From: an uncultured Acidobacteriota bacterium
Lineage (GTDB): Bacteria > Acidobacteriota > Thermoanaerobaculia > Gp7-AA8
Length of the DNA stretch: 64,000 nt
Direction of reading: 5' to 3'
Assembly (NCBI GenBank): GCA_963822445.1
Contig: CAWGHO010000002.1
Span: 288,001-352,000, forward strand
Each line of letters starts with the position of its first letter. Positions within the stretch are counted from its first letter, which is position 1. Below the pieces are notes generated by a model. It was given only the letters and a program-made list of their open reading frames with translations, made no database searches and was not told the origin of the DNA. Of the stretch, positions 34,881-45,530 are shown one piece after another. The position numbers and the translations under genes were made by a program.

Positions 34881-36148
34881 ACCATTCGTCCCATACGGAG
34901 CCAACCCTTCCGCCTCGCGCAGGGCCAAGTACGCAATCGCCATCCGGAACCGCGCCGTCACTTCGGCGACCTCGGACTCGAACAGCTGCCGGTTTGCATC
35001 CGCCAGTTCGAGCGCGCTGGCCAGGCCTTCGCGATACAGCACACTGGTCTCCTCTGCATTCTTGCGCGCGGCGCGTAACGCGGCGGCAGCTTCGCGAAGC
35101 GCCGATTGTTCCGTCGCCAGTTGCACCGCAGCGCTGCGCATCTCCCGCTCGACGTCGCGCCGCTCGAGCTCGAGCTGCAGTTCGGCGCCGCGAAGGACTG
35201 CTTCGCGCTCGATCCGTTCCGCGCGTCGAAGGCCGGCATCGAATACAGGCCACGCAAACGAGAAGCCGAAAAAGCCTTCATTGGCGCGGCTGGTCAGCGG
35301 ACCGTCATTGACGTTGCGGGTCTGGGCATTGAAGAGGACTGAGGGAAGGAAGCGCGCGTTCGGCTCCTGGGCGAAGGCGCGGCGCGCTTCGACAGTCGCT
35401 GCTGACGCGGCGAGGTCGGGGCGGCGCTGCTGGGCCTCGACGATCTGCGGCGCGCTCATGGTCTGTGGCGTCGACGCTGCCTGGAGAAGCTCGGCCGGCG
35501 TCACCAGTGTGACTTCCCCGTCGATCTTCAGCAGCGTGGCGAGGTCGATCACACGAAGCCTGCAGATCACCCGATGCCTGAGCGACGCCGCGAACTGCGG
35601 TCGCGAGCTCGAGCTCGGCGCGGGTCACGTCGTTCGAGCTGCACCAGGCCGGCTTCGAATCGCGCGCGAACGTCGTCGAGATTCGTCTGCGCAAAAACGC
35701 GGCGATGCTCCGCGGCCAGGCGCACCTGATCGAAGCTCAAGCGTGGTGATGAAGATCGCCGCCGCATCGAAGGCGAGCAGACGGCGCGCGTCCATCGGCA
35801 TCGAAGCGCGATCGCGTCGCGCTCGAAACGGGCCATGCGATAAAGCGGAAAGACGCGCGCGTCGAAGATCGGCTGCGTGATCAGCGCCGCGGTCTGCAGG
35901 GTGCGATCGGTGCTGTTGGCCTCGAAATCGTTCCGCCAGTTGCCGCTGATGTCGACGCGCGGCAGGAACGCCGTACGGGCACGCCCCACGCGAGCCTCGG
36001 CCGCCTCGACCGTCGTATCGGCGATCGCTGCACGCTCGTTCCGCTCCACTGCCAACTGGACGGCCCGCTCGATCGTGAGCGGTGTTTCCTGGGCGGCGCT
36101 GGAGAGGGAAAAAGCGAGAAAAATGATGAAGAAGAGGGTGCGCTTCAT
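34879..36148 (-). CDS. TolC family outer membrane protein, frameshifted; 3' end uncertain
   Basis: Signal peptide, LTIERAVQLAVERN, FLPRVD, RRPDL, YREGLASALEL. Confidence 0.82.
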
Positions 36149-36192
36149 CGGGACGCGGATTAGAACACGGCCGTTCGGTTTCTGATTGCGGT

Positions 36193-36976
36193 TCACCGAA
36201 CCGTAGCAGTCACGTCGAATGTCGTCACAATCGAAGGATCCGATTTCGACGTGATGCGGATCGATTCGCAGAAGCGGGCCCGGCTTGGCTTTCGCGCCGT
36301 CGATGGTCACCGTCAGCGATTCCTTCGCCTTCGGAGGAATGACCGGCGCGTGCTCGTAATAAAGGCAGCGGCAGGTCGAGCGCGACACCTGCGGGCTGAG
36401 CGGCTCTTCGGTGTTGTTGACGATCTCGTACTGGCGGGTGACGCGCGTGCCCTTGCGGATGATGCCGTAGTCCATGGTGTCGGGCGTGACCGTCACTGGA
36501 CGCACAGCCGCGGTGTTCGTAGCGGGCCCGTCTTCTTCGACGACGGTCGTGGTCGTCGGCTGCTCGACGACTGCTCCCGTCTTCGGCTTGTCGCTCGCGC
36601 GCCAGATCAACCAGCCGATCGCGGCGAGAGCGATGACGGCCGCGGCCGCAATCAGAAGGAGGCGCGAGCGGGAGTCGCTTGCTTCCGAGGAGTAGTCGTT
36701 GATGGTCGAGTCTTCGTCGATTTTCGGCGTGACCAGCGGCCGCATTCCGGGCTCGCTCCGCGGACGGGGTGGCGGCGGAGCCGCGGGCGGCAGGTCAGTC
36801 TGCTCGAGCTTGGCCAGGGAGATGTCGATGTCGGCAATGACCCGGCGGTACTGCGCGGCGATGAGCTCCGTCGGCGCGTCGGAAACCAGATTCATGAGCG
36901 CCTCGCGATGGCGCCGGTAATGCGCGCGCAACGCTTCCCCTCGCTTGGCGCTCACGGTCTGGAAGTCGTCCGACAT
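36193..36976 (-). CDS. Membrane-anchored DUF1573-like Ig domain protein, frameshift near 36270
   Basis: TM helix, DYGII, STCRC, IPPK; C-terminus continues in another frame to TGA 36193. Confidence 0.7.
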
Positions 36977-37017
36977 CTAGTGGATGGTACCAAAGCGGTG
37001 GCTGTGCCACCGCACTC

Positions 37018-39601
37018 CTAAATCGGCAGCCAATACGAGAACTTGATCAGGAACACATCCTGCGACTTCGCATGAGGCAGCGCGCTGAAGTCGCGGCGCG
37101 GACTGAAGTCGCCGACCGTCTCCGTGTCGGAGCGGTTCTCGTTCCAGACCACGTACATCGCCGAGCCGGGCCGGAACTCCCAGCGCACCACCGCGCTGCC
37201 GCGCAGGCTGCGGAAGTTGAAGTCGGGATTGAAGCCGACCGCGCTCTCCGCCATCGGCGTGTAATCGGCTTCGCGCGGGCGGGTCAGGAACTTGAAGTTG
37301 CTGTAATTGCCGCTGGCGACGAACGGCTGGAGGAAGAGCTGCGCGGAGAGCCGCGCGTTCATTGTCCACTCCGCGCGCATGCCGAGGTCGATCTGCCGCT
37401 GCGAGAGCGTCGAGAAAACGTAGCGGGGACCGAATGTGGGCGCGTAGTTCGCGTTCCGGTGAGTGGTCACGTACTGCGAGTTGCTCTCGGACGCGGTGAA
37501 GCGGGGAGTCAACGACAGCCGTAGCGAGGAGGACGGCCGGTAGGTGACTCCCGTGCCGCCGTAGTACGACGTCGCGCCATCGCCCGACGGGACCGTCTCC
37601 GCCCACAGGTTCGAACGACAGCTTCTTCCGCGAGTCGCTTCCGAACTCACCACCATAAAAATAGGCGGACGGCCGCCGCGCCATCGGTCCGCCGCGCGTG
37701 CGCTGATCGTCGAGCGTCGACCACTGATTCCCCGCCCATGCGCCGATCCACCAGTAGTTCTGCAATTGTCCGTAGAAGCTCGTGTTCAGGCCGTTGCCGA
37801 TCAGATCGCCGGCGAAATTGAAGTTCTGCCACTTCCCGCCCCACGTGCTGATCTCCCGGAAGCGTTTCGAGGTCTGCGCGAGATCGGTGTTGAGGTACTG
37901 CAGGACGGCATGGGTGGAGATGGCATCGACGCGCGGCAGGAAGCCGACGTCGTTGATCTCGAATCCCGGCGAGAGCGCCTGGACCTGCACGTTCGGCCGC
38001 CAGCGACCCTTCTGCTTGGAGACCATGCCTCGGGCCATCCAGCCGCTGAGCGATGTCCGCGTCGGGTCGTACTCGACATGATCGGCATCGGGGCGATGGA
38101 AGTAACGGGCGGGATTCTGCTGGGTCAAATCGATCGCTGACGCCGAGCCCTCGACCAGCGACGTGCCACCGAGCCATTCCACGATCCAGCTCTTGTCTTT
38201 GAGGAGCGTGTACCCGTCGACGCCCGCGAAATACGAGTTCTCGCGCAGGCTCGGCTCGAGGTTGTCCGAAAGGCGGCGATTGGTCGCGCTGAACATGAAG
38301 CCGGCGCGCGAGTCCTTGCCGTACTCCCTCATCGCGCGCGCGACGAGGTAATTGGTCATCGGCTCGACCGTGTTTTTGTCGTCTTTCAACGTCCCATCGT
38401 CCAGACGGCGTCGGAACCAGGCCTCTTCCTGATCGGTGAGCGCGTCGAGCACGCCGATGGTCCACTTGCCGACTTTGCCCGTCACTTTCGCGGCGCCGAG
38501 GATGGTGGTCTCGCCCGGAGAGTCCTGCCAGAGACCGCCGAGGGAGCCTTGGGGGGAGCGGCCGATGCGGCGTGAATAGAAGAAGGTGGGGAAGGACATG
38601 TTGAAGCCCCAGCGGCTGTTCGCCGGGCCGTTCCCGAAGTTGAACGTGCTCGCCCCCTCGGTGAAGAACGGCCGCTTCTCGGGGAAGAACGTCTCGAACT
38701 GGCTGAGGTTCACCACCGCCGGATCGACTTCTACCTGGCCGAAGTCCGGGTTAACCGTCGCGGTCAGACGCATGCTCGAGGTCAGCGCGTACTTCACGTC
38801 CACGCCGCCGTCGAGGCGATGCTCGGCCGGCGAGATGAAGGGATTGTCCTGACGGCTGAAGAGATCGGTGCGGGCGACGGCGTACGGCATCACCTCGAAC
38901 GAGCGCTTCGGCTTGATGCCTTCGATTCCTGTCAGATCGGCGAAGCGGGAGATGAATCCGCTCTCGGTCTTCGGCGAATACACGAGCCGCGTGCTCTCGA
39001 ACGTGCGCGGGTTCCAGCGGCTCACGTTGAAACCCCAGGTGTGCACCGGCTTGTCCGGAAAACGGAGCTGCGAATACGGAATGCGCGCCTCGGCGATCCA
39101 GCCTCCCGGGACGATCTTCGCGGCCGACTCCCACACTGCATCCCAACTGTTGTCGTTGTAAATGTCGTTGAACAGAGTCATGTCCATCTGGACGTTCGAG
39201 GCATTCACGACGAAGCCCGCGCCGTTCTTACGATCGTGCTCGGAGTCGATGCTGATGCGGATGTAATCGCCGTTGTTCAGGTCACTGTCGCGGCGGGCGA
39301 GGAGCGGCGTCGGCTTGCCGTCATCCTTCATGAACGCGCCGAAGTAGATGGCGTTGTCGTCGTAGGCGACCTTCACCACGGTGTCGTTCTTGGCCGGCTT
39401 CCCTTCCTCCGGATCCATCTGCGTGAATCCGGCGATCTCCGGCGCCTGCTGCCAGGCGGCATCGGAAAGGTCTCCGTCGATGACCGGCGAGACGGTGGCA
39501 CGCACCGCGCGATAGGTCGGCCGCGGCTTTGTCTCCTGCGCGGTGAGGGCGGTGGCAATGAAAAGCGTGACGAAGGCGAGGCGAAGGGTTTTGACGTGCA
39601 T
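37018..39601 (-). CDS. CBM9-like + DUF5916 outer membrane protein, frameshift near 37607
   Basis: IDGDLSDAAW, NPDFGQVEVD, FFPEKRPFF, FYSRRIG, C-terminal KFSYWL. Confidence 0.9.
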
Positions 39602-39647
39602 CGTTTCCTCTCGCGCAGAAGTGAGGTACGTTGGGGCTTCAGTGGCC

Positions 39648-39675
39648 TAGACGCACTTGCCGCGCGAAGGTTTGA
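39648..39675 (-). promoter_or_regulatory. ECF-type promoter upstream of the DUF5916 gene
   Basis: TCAAAC-N16-CGTCTA on the minus strand, matches the AAC/CGT ECF consensus. Confidence 0.5.
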
Positions 39676-39715
39676 CCTGGTTAACAAAACAATTTGTGAA
39701 CGGTTGTGACACGGA

Positions 39716-41353
39716 ATGAAGGTCTTCATCGGGCAGATCAACCCAACCGTTGGCGCCCTCACGGCTAATGCCGAGCTGATCCGAAAAACGTACGAGGAAG
39801 GCGTTCGCGCCGGCGCGGACGTGGTCCTCGTTCCCGAGCTCGCCGTCACCGGATACCCGCCGCGCGATCTGCTCGATCGCGGCACGTTCATCGACGCCGC
39901 GCTCGCCGTTCGCGACGAGCTGGCGAAGATGACCGGCGAGACCACGCTGATTTTCGGCTGTCCGGTGCGTACGCCGAACTGGTGCGGCAAGCCGCTGCAC
40001 AACGCGGCGATCGTCGCGCGCAACGGCCGGGTCATCCTCGAACAGCACAAGAACCTGCTGCCGACGTACGACGTGTTCGACGAGCTGCGTTACTTCGAGC
40101 CGGCAAAAGAGGTGCACGTCGTCGAGATCGCCGGCCGCAAGGTGGGTGTGTCGATCTGCGAGGACTTCTGGTTCGACGACGAAAAGGACGGCACGAAGCT
40201 CTATTGCCGCAATCCTGTCGACGAGCTGGTGCGCCAGGGCGCCGAAATTCTGCTCAACATCTCCGCATCCCCGTTCAACGCCGGCAAGCGAAGGGCGCGG
40301 TGGGAGATCTTCTCGAAGATCGCCCAGCGCTACCGCGTGCCGCTCGTGTACGTGAATCAGATCGGCGGCAACGACGAGCTGCTGTTCGACGGCTCATCGA
40401 TCGTCTTCGACGCCGCCGGGCAGACGATCTTCTGCGCGCGTGCATTCGAGGAGCACTCGACGCTCGTGCATCTGCAGGGCGCGCCGTGCGAGATGATCGA
40501 TGCGCTGACCGAGGATGAGGAGATCGGGCTCGCGCTCGTCCTTGGATTGCGCGACTACATCCGCAAATGTGGGTTCAAAGACGTGGTGATCGGCCTCTCC
40601 GGCGGCATCGACTCCGCCGTGACCGCGGCAATCGCCGTGGAAGCTCTCGGCAAGGAACACGTCACCGGCATCGCCATGCCCTCGCAGTTCTCCTCGCAGC
40701 ACTCCATCGACGACGCCCGCGAGCTCGCCCAGAACCTCGGCATCGCCTTTCACATCGTGCCGATCGCCGACATTTACGCGCCGTACGAGACCGCACTCGA
40801 CGAATTGTTCGGCGAGCACAAGTTCGATACGACGAACGAGAACGTGCAGGCCCGCATCCGCGGCAACATTCTGATGGCCTGGTCGAACCGCCTCGGGGCC
40901 ATGGTCGTGTCAACCGGCAACAAGTCGGAGATGGCAGTCGGCTACTGCACGCTCTACGGCGACATGGCCGGCGGCCTGTCCCTTCTAGGCGACGTGTACA
41001 AGACGATGGTGTATCGCGTGGCGAAGTGGCTGAATCGCAATCGCGCGGTGATCCCCGAGTCGACGATCACCAAGCCGCCGTCCGCGGAGTTGCGGCCGAA
41101 TCAAACCGACCAGGACACCCTTCCGCCGTACGACGTCCTCGACGGAATCCTCAAGCTGTACATCGAGGAGTGGAAAGAGGTGGACCAGATCGCCGCGGAA
41201 GGCTTCGATCGCGACCTGGTCGCGCGAGTCCTGAAGATGGTGGATACCGCGGAGTTCAAACGCCGCCAGGCCGCACCGACTGTGCGCGTTTCCGAGAAGG
41301 CATTCGGGAGCGGGCGGGACATGCCCATCGCGCAGCTTTGGCGTCGGGGGTAA
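39716..41353 (+). CDS. nadE: Glutamine-dependent NAD+ synthetase
   Basis: Nitrilase domain (PEL, HK, ICED), GLSGGIDS, ENVQARIR, TGNKSE, PPSAEL. Confidence 0.96.
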   Translation: MKVFIGQINPTVGALTANAELIRKTYEEGVRAGADVVLVPELAVTGYPPRDLLDRGTFIDAALAVRDELAKMTGETTLIFGCPVRTPNWCGKPLHNAAIVARNGRVILEQHKNLLPTYDVFDELRYFEPAKEVHVVEIAGRKVGVSICEDFWFDDEKDGTKLYCRNPVDELVRQGAEILLNISASPFNAGKRRARWEIFSKIAQRYRVPLVYVNQIGGNDELLFDGSSIVFDAAGQTIFCARAFEEHSTLVHLQGAPCEMIDALTEDEEIGLALVLGLRDYIRKCGFKDVVIGLSGGIDSAVTAAIAVEALGKEHVTGIAMPSQFSSQHSIDDARELAQNLGIAFHIVPIADIYAPYETALDELFGEHKFDTTNENVQARIRGNILMAWSNRLGAMVVSTGNKSEMAVGYCTLYGDMAGGLSLLGDVYKTMVYRVAKWLNRNRAVIPESTITKPPSAELRPNQTDQDTLPPYDVLDGILKLYIEEWKEVDQIAAEGFDRDLVARVLKMVDTAEFKRRQAAPTVRVSEKAFGSGRDMPIAQLWRRG

Positions 41354-41365
41354 ACAGAACCACCG

Positions 41366-41497
41366 GGGCGCCTCCGGCGGGCCGGCACGGCCGGCAGCGC
41401 TGATGCTGGCGTGAACACGATCCGCGCTAGCTACCGCGAGTTCCGCAGAAGGCACAATCAGCGCTGCCGGCCCGTGGCCGGCCCGCCGGAGGCGCCC
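41366..41497. repeat. About 40-bp inverted repeat between convergent genes (REPIN-like or terminator)
   Basis: 41366-41404 pairs with 41457-41497 with only two 1-nt gaps. Confidence 0.8.
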
Positions 41498-41509
41498 TCG
41501 TCGTTCCCT

Positions 41510-41884
41510 TTAGCCTTCAGCCACAGCTTCCCGCTGCGCGTCCTCGAGCTTCTTGATCTGAATGTTCAGAAACTCGTGGAACGACGACTCCTGCTCCGGC
41601 GGCAGCGCGTTGAACACGATCGCCGAGCGGAACACGTACTCCGGACCCTTCTCGCCGCGGCGCACCTGCACGATCGAGCGCAGGACCTCGCAGGGGATGT
41701 AGATCCCGCCGTAGCTCGGGAAGATCAGCGTCGCGGCCGCGCCGGCCTTTACCGGCGATCGATGCACGACCGCTGCGCCGGTGAGACTGAGATCGATGCA
41801 CTCGCCGTTGACGTCGGAGAGCTGAACCGGAATCGACGCGGTCGCGTAACGCTCGGAGCGGCGGCGGTCTTTGCCGGAGGCCAT
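41510..41884 (-). CDS. PilZ domain protein
   Basis: RRRSER and DLSLTG motifs. Confidence 0.85.
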   Translation of the reverse strand: MASGKDRRRSERYATASIPVQLSDVNGECIDLSLTGAAVVHRSPVKAGAAATLIFPSYGGIYIPCEVLRSIVQVRRGEKGPEYVFRSAIVFNALPPEQESSFHEFLNIQIKKLEDAQREAVAEG

Positions 41885-41900
41885 TGCGGGCAAATATACG

Positions 41901-42260
41901 TCAGCCAGGTGTTACGAGGAGAGCTGCCTTTTGCAACACCTGCCGCATCGTGTCTGGCGAAAGTGCGCAGATTCGTCTTGCATTGCGCGCTTTCCAATCG
42001 AGGCTCTTCAAGTGATCCGACAACACGGCACCGCTCACTGGCAGGCCATCGGGAATGATCACCTCGAACGGATAGCCCTTCACCTGAGACGTAACCGGTA
42101 CGAAGACAGCGAGCGTCGAGCTCCGGTTATACGACGACGGCGACAGCACGACAGCAGGGCGCCGGCCGGCCTGCTCGTGACCCGCTTGTGGGTCGAAACT
42201 GAGCCAGACTACATCGCCGCGTTCAGGAACATACGAGCTGCTACCAGACTTCGTTGCCAA
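41901..42260 (-). CDS. mazF: MazF/PemK endoribonuclease toxin
   Basis: PERGDVVWLSFDPQAGHEQAGRRPAVVLSP, KSLDWKAR. Confidence 0.95.
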   Translation of the reverse strand: MATKSGSSSYVPERGDVVWLSFDPQAGHEQAGRRPAVVLSPSSYNRSSTLAVFVPVTSQVKGYPFEVIIPDGLPVSGAVLSDHLKSLDWKARNARRICALSPDTMRQVLQKAALLVTPG

Positions 42261-42483
42261 CTTTGCCGCCCGTATTGGTCTCGGAATGGCGATTCTGTGG
42301 CGTGATCTGGTTGACGAGATCCTCGAGCGAGAACTCGGCTTCGACGATCGGCACGACCACGAGTCTGCCGTTCCGGACGCTCAAATCCACGGCGGTGTCC
42401 TCCGTCAAACGCGTTTCCTCCGCAAATGGCTTGGGGATCCGCAATGCCAGGCTGTTGCCCCACTTCTGGATTCGCGTCTTCAT
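42241..42483 (-). CDS. mazE: MazE/AbrB antitoxin
   Basis: IQKWGNSLALRIPK, ITPQNRH, GNEVW. Confidence 0.95.
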   Translation of the reverse strand: MKTRIQKWGNSLALRIPKPFAEETRLTEDTAVDLSVRNGRLVVVPIVEAEFSLEDLVNQITPQNRHSETNTGGKVGNEVW

Positions 42484-42511
42484 CGCCGTATCGACAAAGA
42501 GGATACCAGAT

Positions 42512-44131
42512 TCACTTCACCGCACTCACGAAATCATGCGCGATCTTCGCGGCCGCGAACTCCGCTGGACCGGCATCCTCCGCGATCAGGGCGAAGGCGA
42601 TCTTCGGGTTGTCGACCGGGGCGAAGCCCATGATCAGCGAGTTGAAGCCGTTCTCGCGCTTACCGGCCGTGCCGGTCTTGAGCGCGAGCGTCGTTCCGGG
42701 CACGGCGGCGCGGCGTCCCGTTCCGTGCGGCCTCGTCACGACGGCGCGCATCGCCGCGATCACCATCTCCGCGGTCTCGCGCGGGATCACCTGCGTCGTC
42801 GTCTGCTTCGGCGGCTCGCCGGCGACCTCGCCGAGGATCGAACGGCGCGTGCGGTAGATCCGTGGTGTGGTCAGCGCGCCGCGATTGGCCATCATCGACG
42901 CCAGCATCGCCAGATGGAGCGTGGTGATGGTTTCGTGCTCGAGACCGATCGCGTAGAACGCCGTCTCGAAGTTGTTGAACAACTCTCCGACTGTCTTCCC
43001 GAGGGGAGCGTTGAAGAGGCCGAGGTTCGTCTGGCTATCGAAGCCGGCGGCTTTGTGCAGTTGCTGGAGCTTGTCGCGGCCCGCCCTCACGCCGATGTCC
43101 GCGAAGACGACGTTGCAGGACTGGGCGAGCGCTTCCTCGAAATCGGGCAGCGCGCCGTGGCCTTCTTCGCGCCAGTCCCCGAAGCTCCGGCCGTCGATCG
43201 GTAGTGCGCCTTTGCAGGTGTACGGAAAATCGACTTTCGTTCCCGTGCTCGCGGTGAGCACTTTGATCACCGAGCCGGGCTCGTACTGTTGCTCGAGAGC
43301 GAGGTTCTTCTTCGAGTTGCTCGCGATCGCAAGAATCTCGTTCGTCTTCGGATCGATGGCGACCAGCGACGCGCGCAGACCGCCGAGGGCTCGCATGGCC
43401 GCTCGTTGAACGTTCGCGTCGAGAGTGAGCTCGACCGAATCGTGCACGCCGAGGCGGCGGGCATTCGCTTCGATGGTCAGTGCGCCGGCGTCCTTCTCGA
43501 TCAGCGACTCGAAGTCCCTGTTCAGCGCGACCACGTCGCCGGTGGCGATCACATACGACGCGATCGGTGCACCGTTGCGGTCGACGACGTACGGCCACGT
43601 GCCCCGTTTGCGATCGTCGACCGCTCGCTTCAACGCCTCGAGCTTCTTCGCGTCGACGTCCCCCGCGTCAACGGCGCGCAACGCTGTCGCGGCATCGTCC
43701 ACGCGCCCCATCGCCGTCAGCGCGGCGGCGCGGTACAACGCGACGTCCTCGCTCTCCACCCGTTCGCGCGACGCCGTGTCGTACGCTAGAAAGTCCGCGT
43801 ACGCGCCGCGCGCGAAGAGCTGCTTCGCCACTTCGTCCTTGGTGACAACGGGAATCCACAGCCATCCGCGGCTGAGCGCGTCGAGATACTTCTGCGCGTC
43901 GGCGCGATGACCGGACGAAAGGTGGGCGGCGGCGAGGAGCTGGTGATACTGGCTCCGCCACAATTTCAACCGCGACCACTCCTCGGCAATCTTGACCGCG
44001 TCCGCGGTCTGCCCGGCGCGCCACTTCGACCGCGCCTGCGCCAGCGGAAGCCAGGCCACGCCGGCCAGCAGGCCGACGAGCACCAGCAAGACGGCGATCA
44101 GGAGTCCGCAGCCCCGTTTTCGTTCTGCCAA
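42512..44131 (-). CDS. Penicillin-binding transpeptidase domain protein with helical N-terminal region
   Basis: TM anchor, PGSVIK (SxxK), SCN, KTGT. Confidence 0.88.
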   Translation of the reverse strand: MAERKRGCGLLIAVLLVLVGLLAGVAWLPLAQARSKWRAGQTADAVKIAEEWSRLKLWRSQYHQLLAAAHLSSGHRADAQKYLDALSRGWLWIPVVTKDEVAKQLFARGAYADFLAYDTASRERVESEDVALYRAAALTAMGRVDDAATALRAVDAGDVDAKKLEALKRAVDDRKRGTWPYVVDRNGAPIASYVIATGDVVALNRDFESLIEKDAGALTIEANARRLGVHDSVELTLDANVQRAAMRALGGLRASLVAIDPKTNEILAIASNSKKNLALEQQYEPGSVIKVLTASTGTKVDFPYTCKGALPIDGRSFGDWREEGHGALPDFEEALAQSCNVVFADIGVRAGRDKLQQLHKAAGFDSQTNLGLFNAPLGKTVGELFNNFETAFYAIGLEHETITTLHLAMLASMMANRGALTTPRIYRTRRSILGEVAGEPPKQTTTQVIPRETAEMVIAAMRAVVTRPHGTGRRAAVPGTTLALKTGTAGKRENGFNSLIMGFAPVDNPKIAFALIAEDAGPAEFAAAKIAHDFVSAVK

Positions 44132-44856
44132 AGCTCGATTCTCTCCAGCCGCCTGAGCTGCAAGCGTTCTGCCGCGCTCGCATTGGCGATTGAGATTTCG
44201 AGGAAACCGCTCGATCCCACGATGAGAAACGCTCCCGGCGCGGCATCGGCGTAGCTCTGTTCGATCCGATCGATGAACAGGTCTCGCACCCGCAATCTGT
44301 ACGGCCGATTCACCCGCGCGGCCTCGATGTCGGTGATCGCGTTTCCGAAGCGGTCCACCGCGACGATCGTTCCGAGCACGACAGCGCCATACGCCGGCGG
44401 CTGATACGGAAGCCGCACCAGATCGATGAGCGGTCCGTCGATGCGTTTACCGTTGGCCAGGGCCGCGGCCACCGGCGCAAATCGATCGCGACCATGAAAC
44501 GTCGTGCTGGTCGTCGGGAGAAACAGCGTCTCGTCATCCACGGCGCGCCCACTTTCCGCAACGAACGTCAGCAGGCCGTTGTCGGGCGCGAGGAAAGTCC
44601 GCCCGTCCACGTCCGCGGCAACGATCTTTCGCGAAGTCCCCACGCCGGGATCGACGACACACACGAAGATCGTTCCCTCCGCCCAGTACGGCGCGACCGT
44701 TTTCAGGAACCACGCCGCTTCGAGGACGTCGAACGGCGCGATCTCGTGCGTCAGGTCGTGAATGGCCGCGCTGGTGCGCGCGGCGATGACGCCTTTCATC
44801 GCCGCGACGTAAGGATCGCGCGTGCCGAAGTCCGTCAGCAAGGCGATGCACGGCAT
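44098..44856 (-). CDS. SAM hydroxide adenosyltransferase / chlorinase-fluorinase family (DUF62)
   Basis: LLTDFG, VVDPGVG, APDNG, TFHGRDRFAP, DRFGN. Confidence 0.92.
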   Translation of the reverse strand: MPCIALLTDFGTRDPYVAAMKGVIAARTSAAIHDLTHEIAPFDVLEAAWFLKTVAPYWAEGTIFVCVVDPGVGTSRKIVAADVDGRTFLAPDNGLLTFVAESGRAVDDETLFLPTTSTTFHGRDRFAPVAAALANGKRIDGPLIDLVRLPYQPPAYGAVVLGTIVAVDRFGNAITDIEAARVNRPYRLRVRDLFIDRIEQSYADAAPGAFLIVGSSGFLEISIANASAAERLQLRRLERIELWQNENGAADS

Positions 44857-44879
44857 GCGGCGAATATACTCGCGCGGCC

Positions 44880-45530
44880 GTGTTCGCAACCGTCCCTCCC
44901 CCAGCCCAGCGTCTCCTCGTTTTCGCGCGGCTGCCCGAGCTCGGCCGAGTCAAAACCCGCCTGGCCGCGGACCTCGGCGACGAGCGCGCCCTCGCCGTGT
45001 ACGAGTCGATGTTGCGCGATCTCATCGCCTCGATCGGCGACTCCACCCGCGACACGGAGATCGAGCTGCTCTGGCCACCGAGTGCCACGGCGAACGGCGC
45101 GGCGTTGCGTCGCGCCTTCGCGCATCACGCCGTGGCGATGCAGACAGGCGTCGATCTCAGCGACCGTCTTTCCATGGCTTTCTCGGAACGGTTCTTCTTT
45201 CATCGCACCGAGAAAATCATCGCCATCGGCGCGGACGATCCGACGTTGCCGCGCGAGCTGATCGATCACGCGTTTGCACTGCTCGACTCCTGCGAATGGG
45301 TGGTCGGACCCGCTGCCGACGGCGGCTACTACCTGATCGGCTGCCGCGCCGGCGCGTTCGATCCCGAGGTTTTTCACGACATCGCGTGGGGCACCGCGAG
45401 TGTGCTCGATGCGACGATCGCCAAGATCGCGAAGAGCGAGCGAACCGTGGCCGTGTTGCCGCAGCGATGCGACATCGACACGGCCGAGGATCTGGAGCGT
45501 TATGCTCGCGCGACGGGCTGGCAGCCATGA
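44880..45530 (+). CDS. TIGR04282/DUF2064 family transferase
   Basis: FARLPELGRVKTRL, IGADDP, VGPAADGGYYLIG, DIDT. Confidence 0.88.
   Translation: MFATVPPPAQRLLVFARLPELGRVKTRLAADLGDERALAVYESMLRDLIASIGDSTRDTEIELLWPPSATANGAALRRAFAHHAVAMQTGVDLSDRLSMAFSERFFFHRTEKIIAIGADDPTLPRELIDHAFALLDSCEWVVGPAADGGYYLIGCRAGAFDPEVFHDIAWGTASVLDATIAKIAKSERTVAVLPQRCDIDTAEDLERYARATGWQP

Noticed and set aside
34410-35570. TolC-MFP fusion
   Set aside because: Region has multiple indels and the MFP has its own lipoprotein signal in another frame
35567-36976. DUF1573-TolC fusion protein (469 aa ORF)
   Set aside because: Created by a frameshift near 36270; TolC has its own ATG and signal peptide at 36148
44098-44856. 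True fluorinase or chlorinase
   Set aside because: The FHGRD motif and housekeeping context fit the widespread DUF62 SAM hydrolase; no halometabolite cluster nearby
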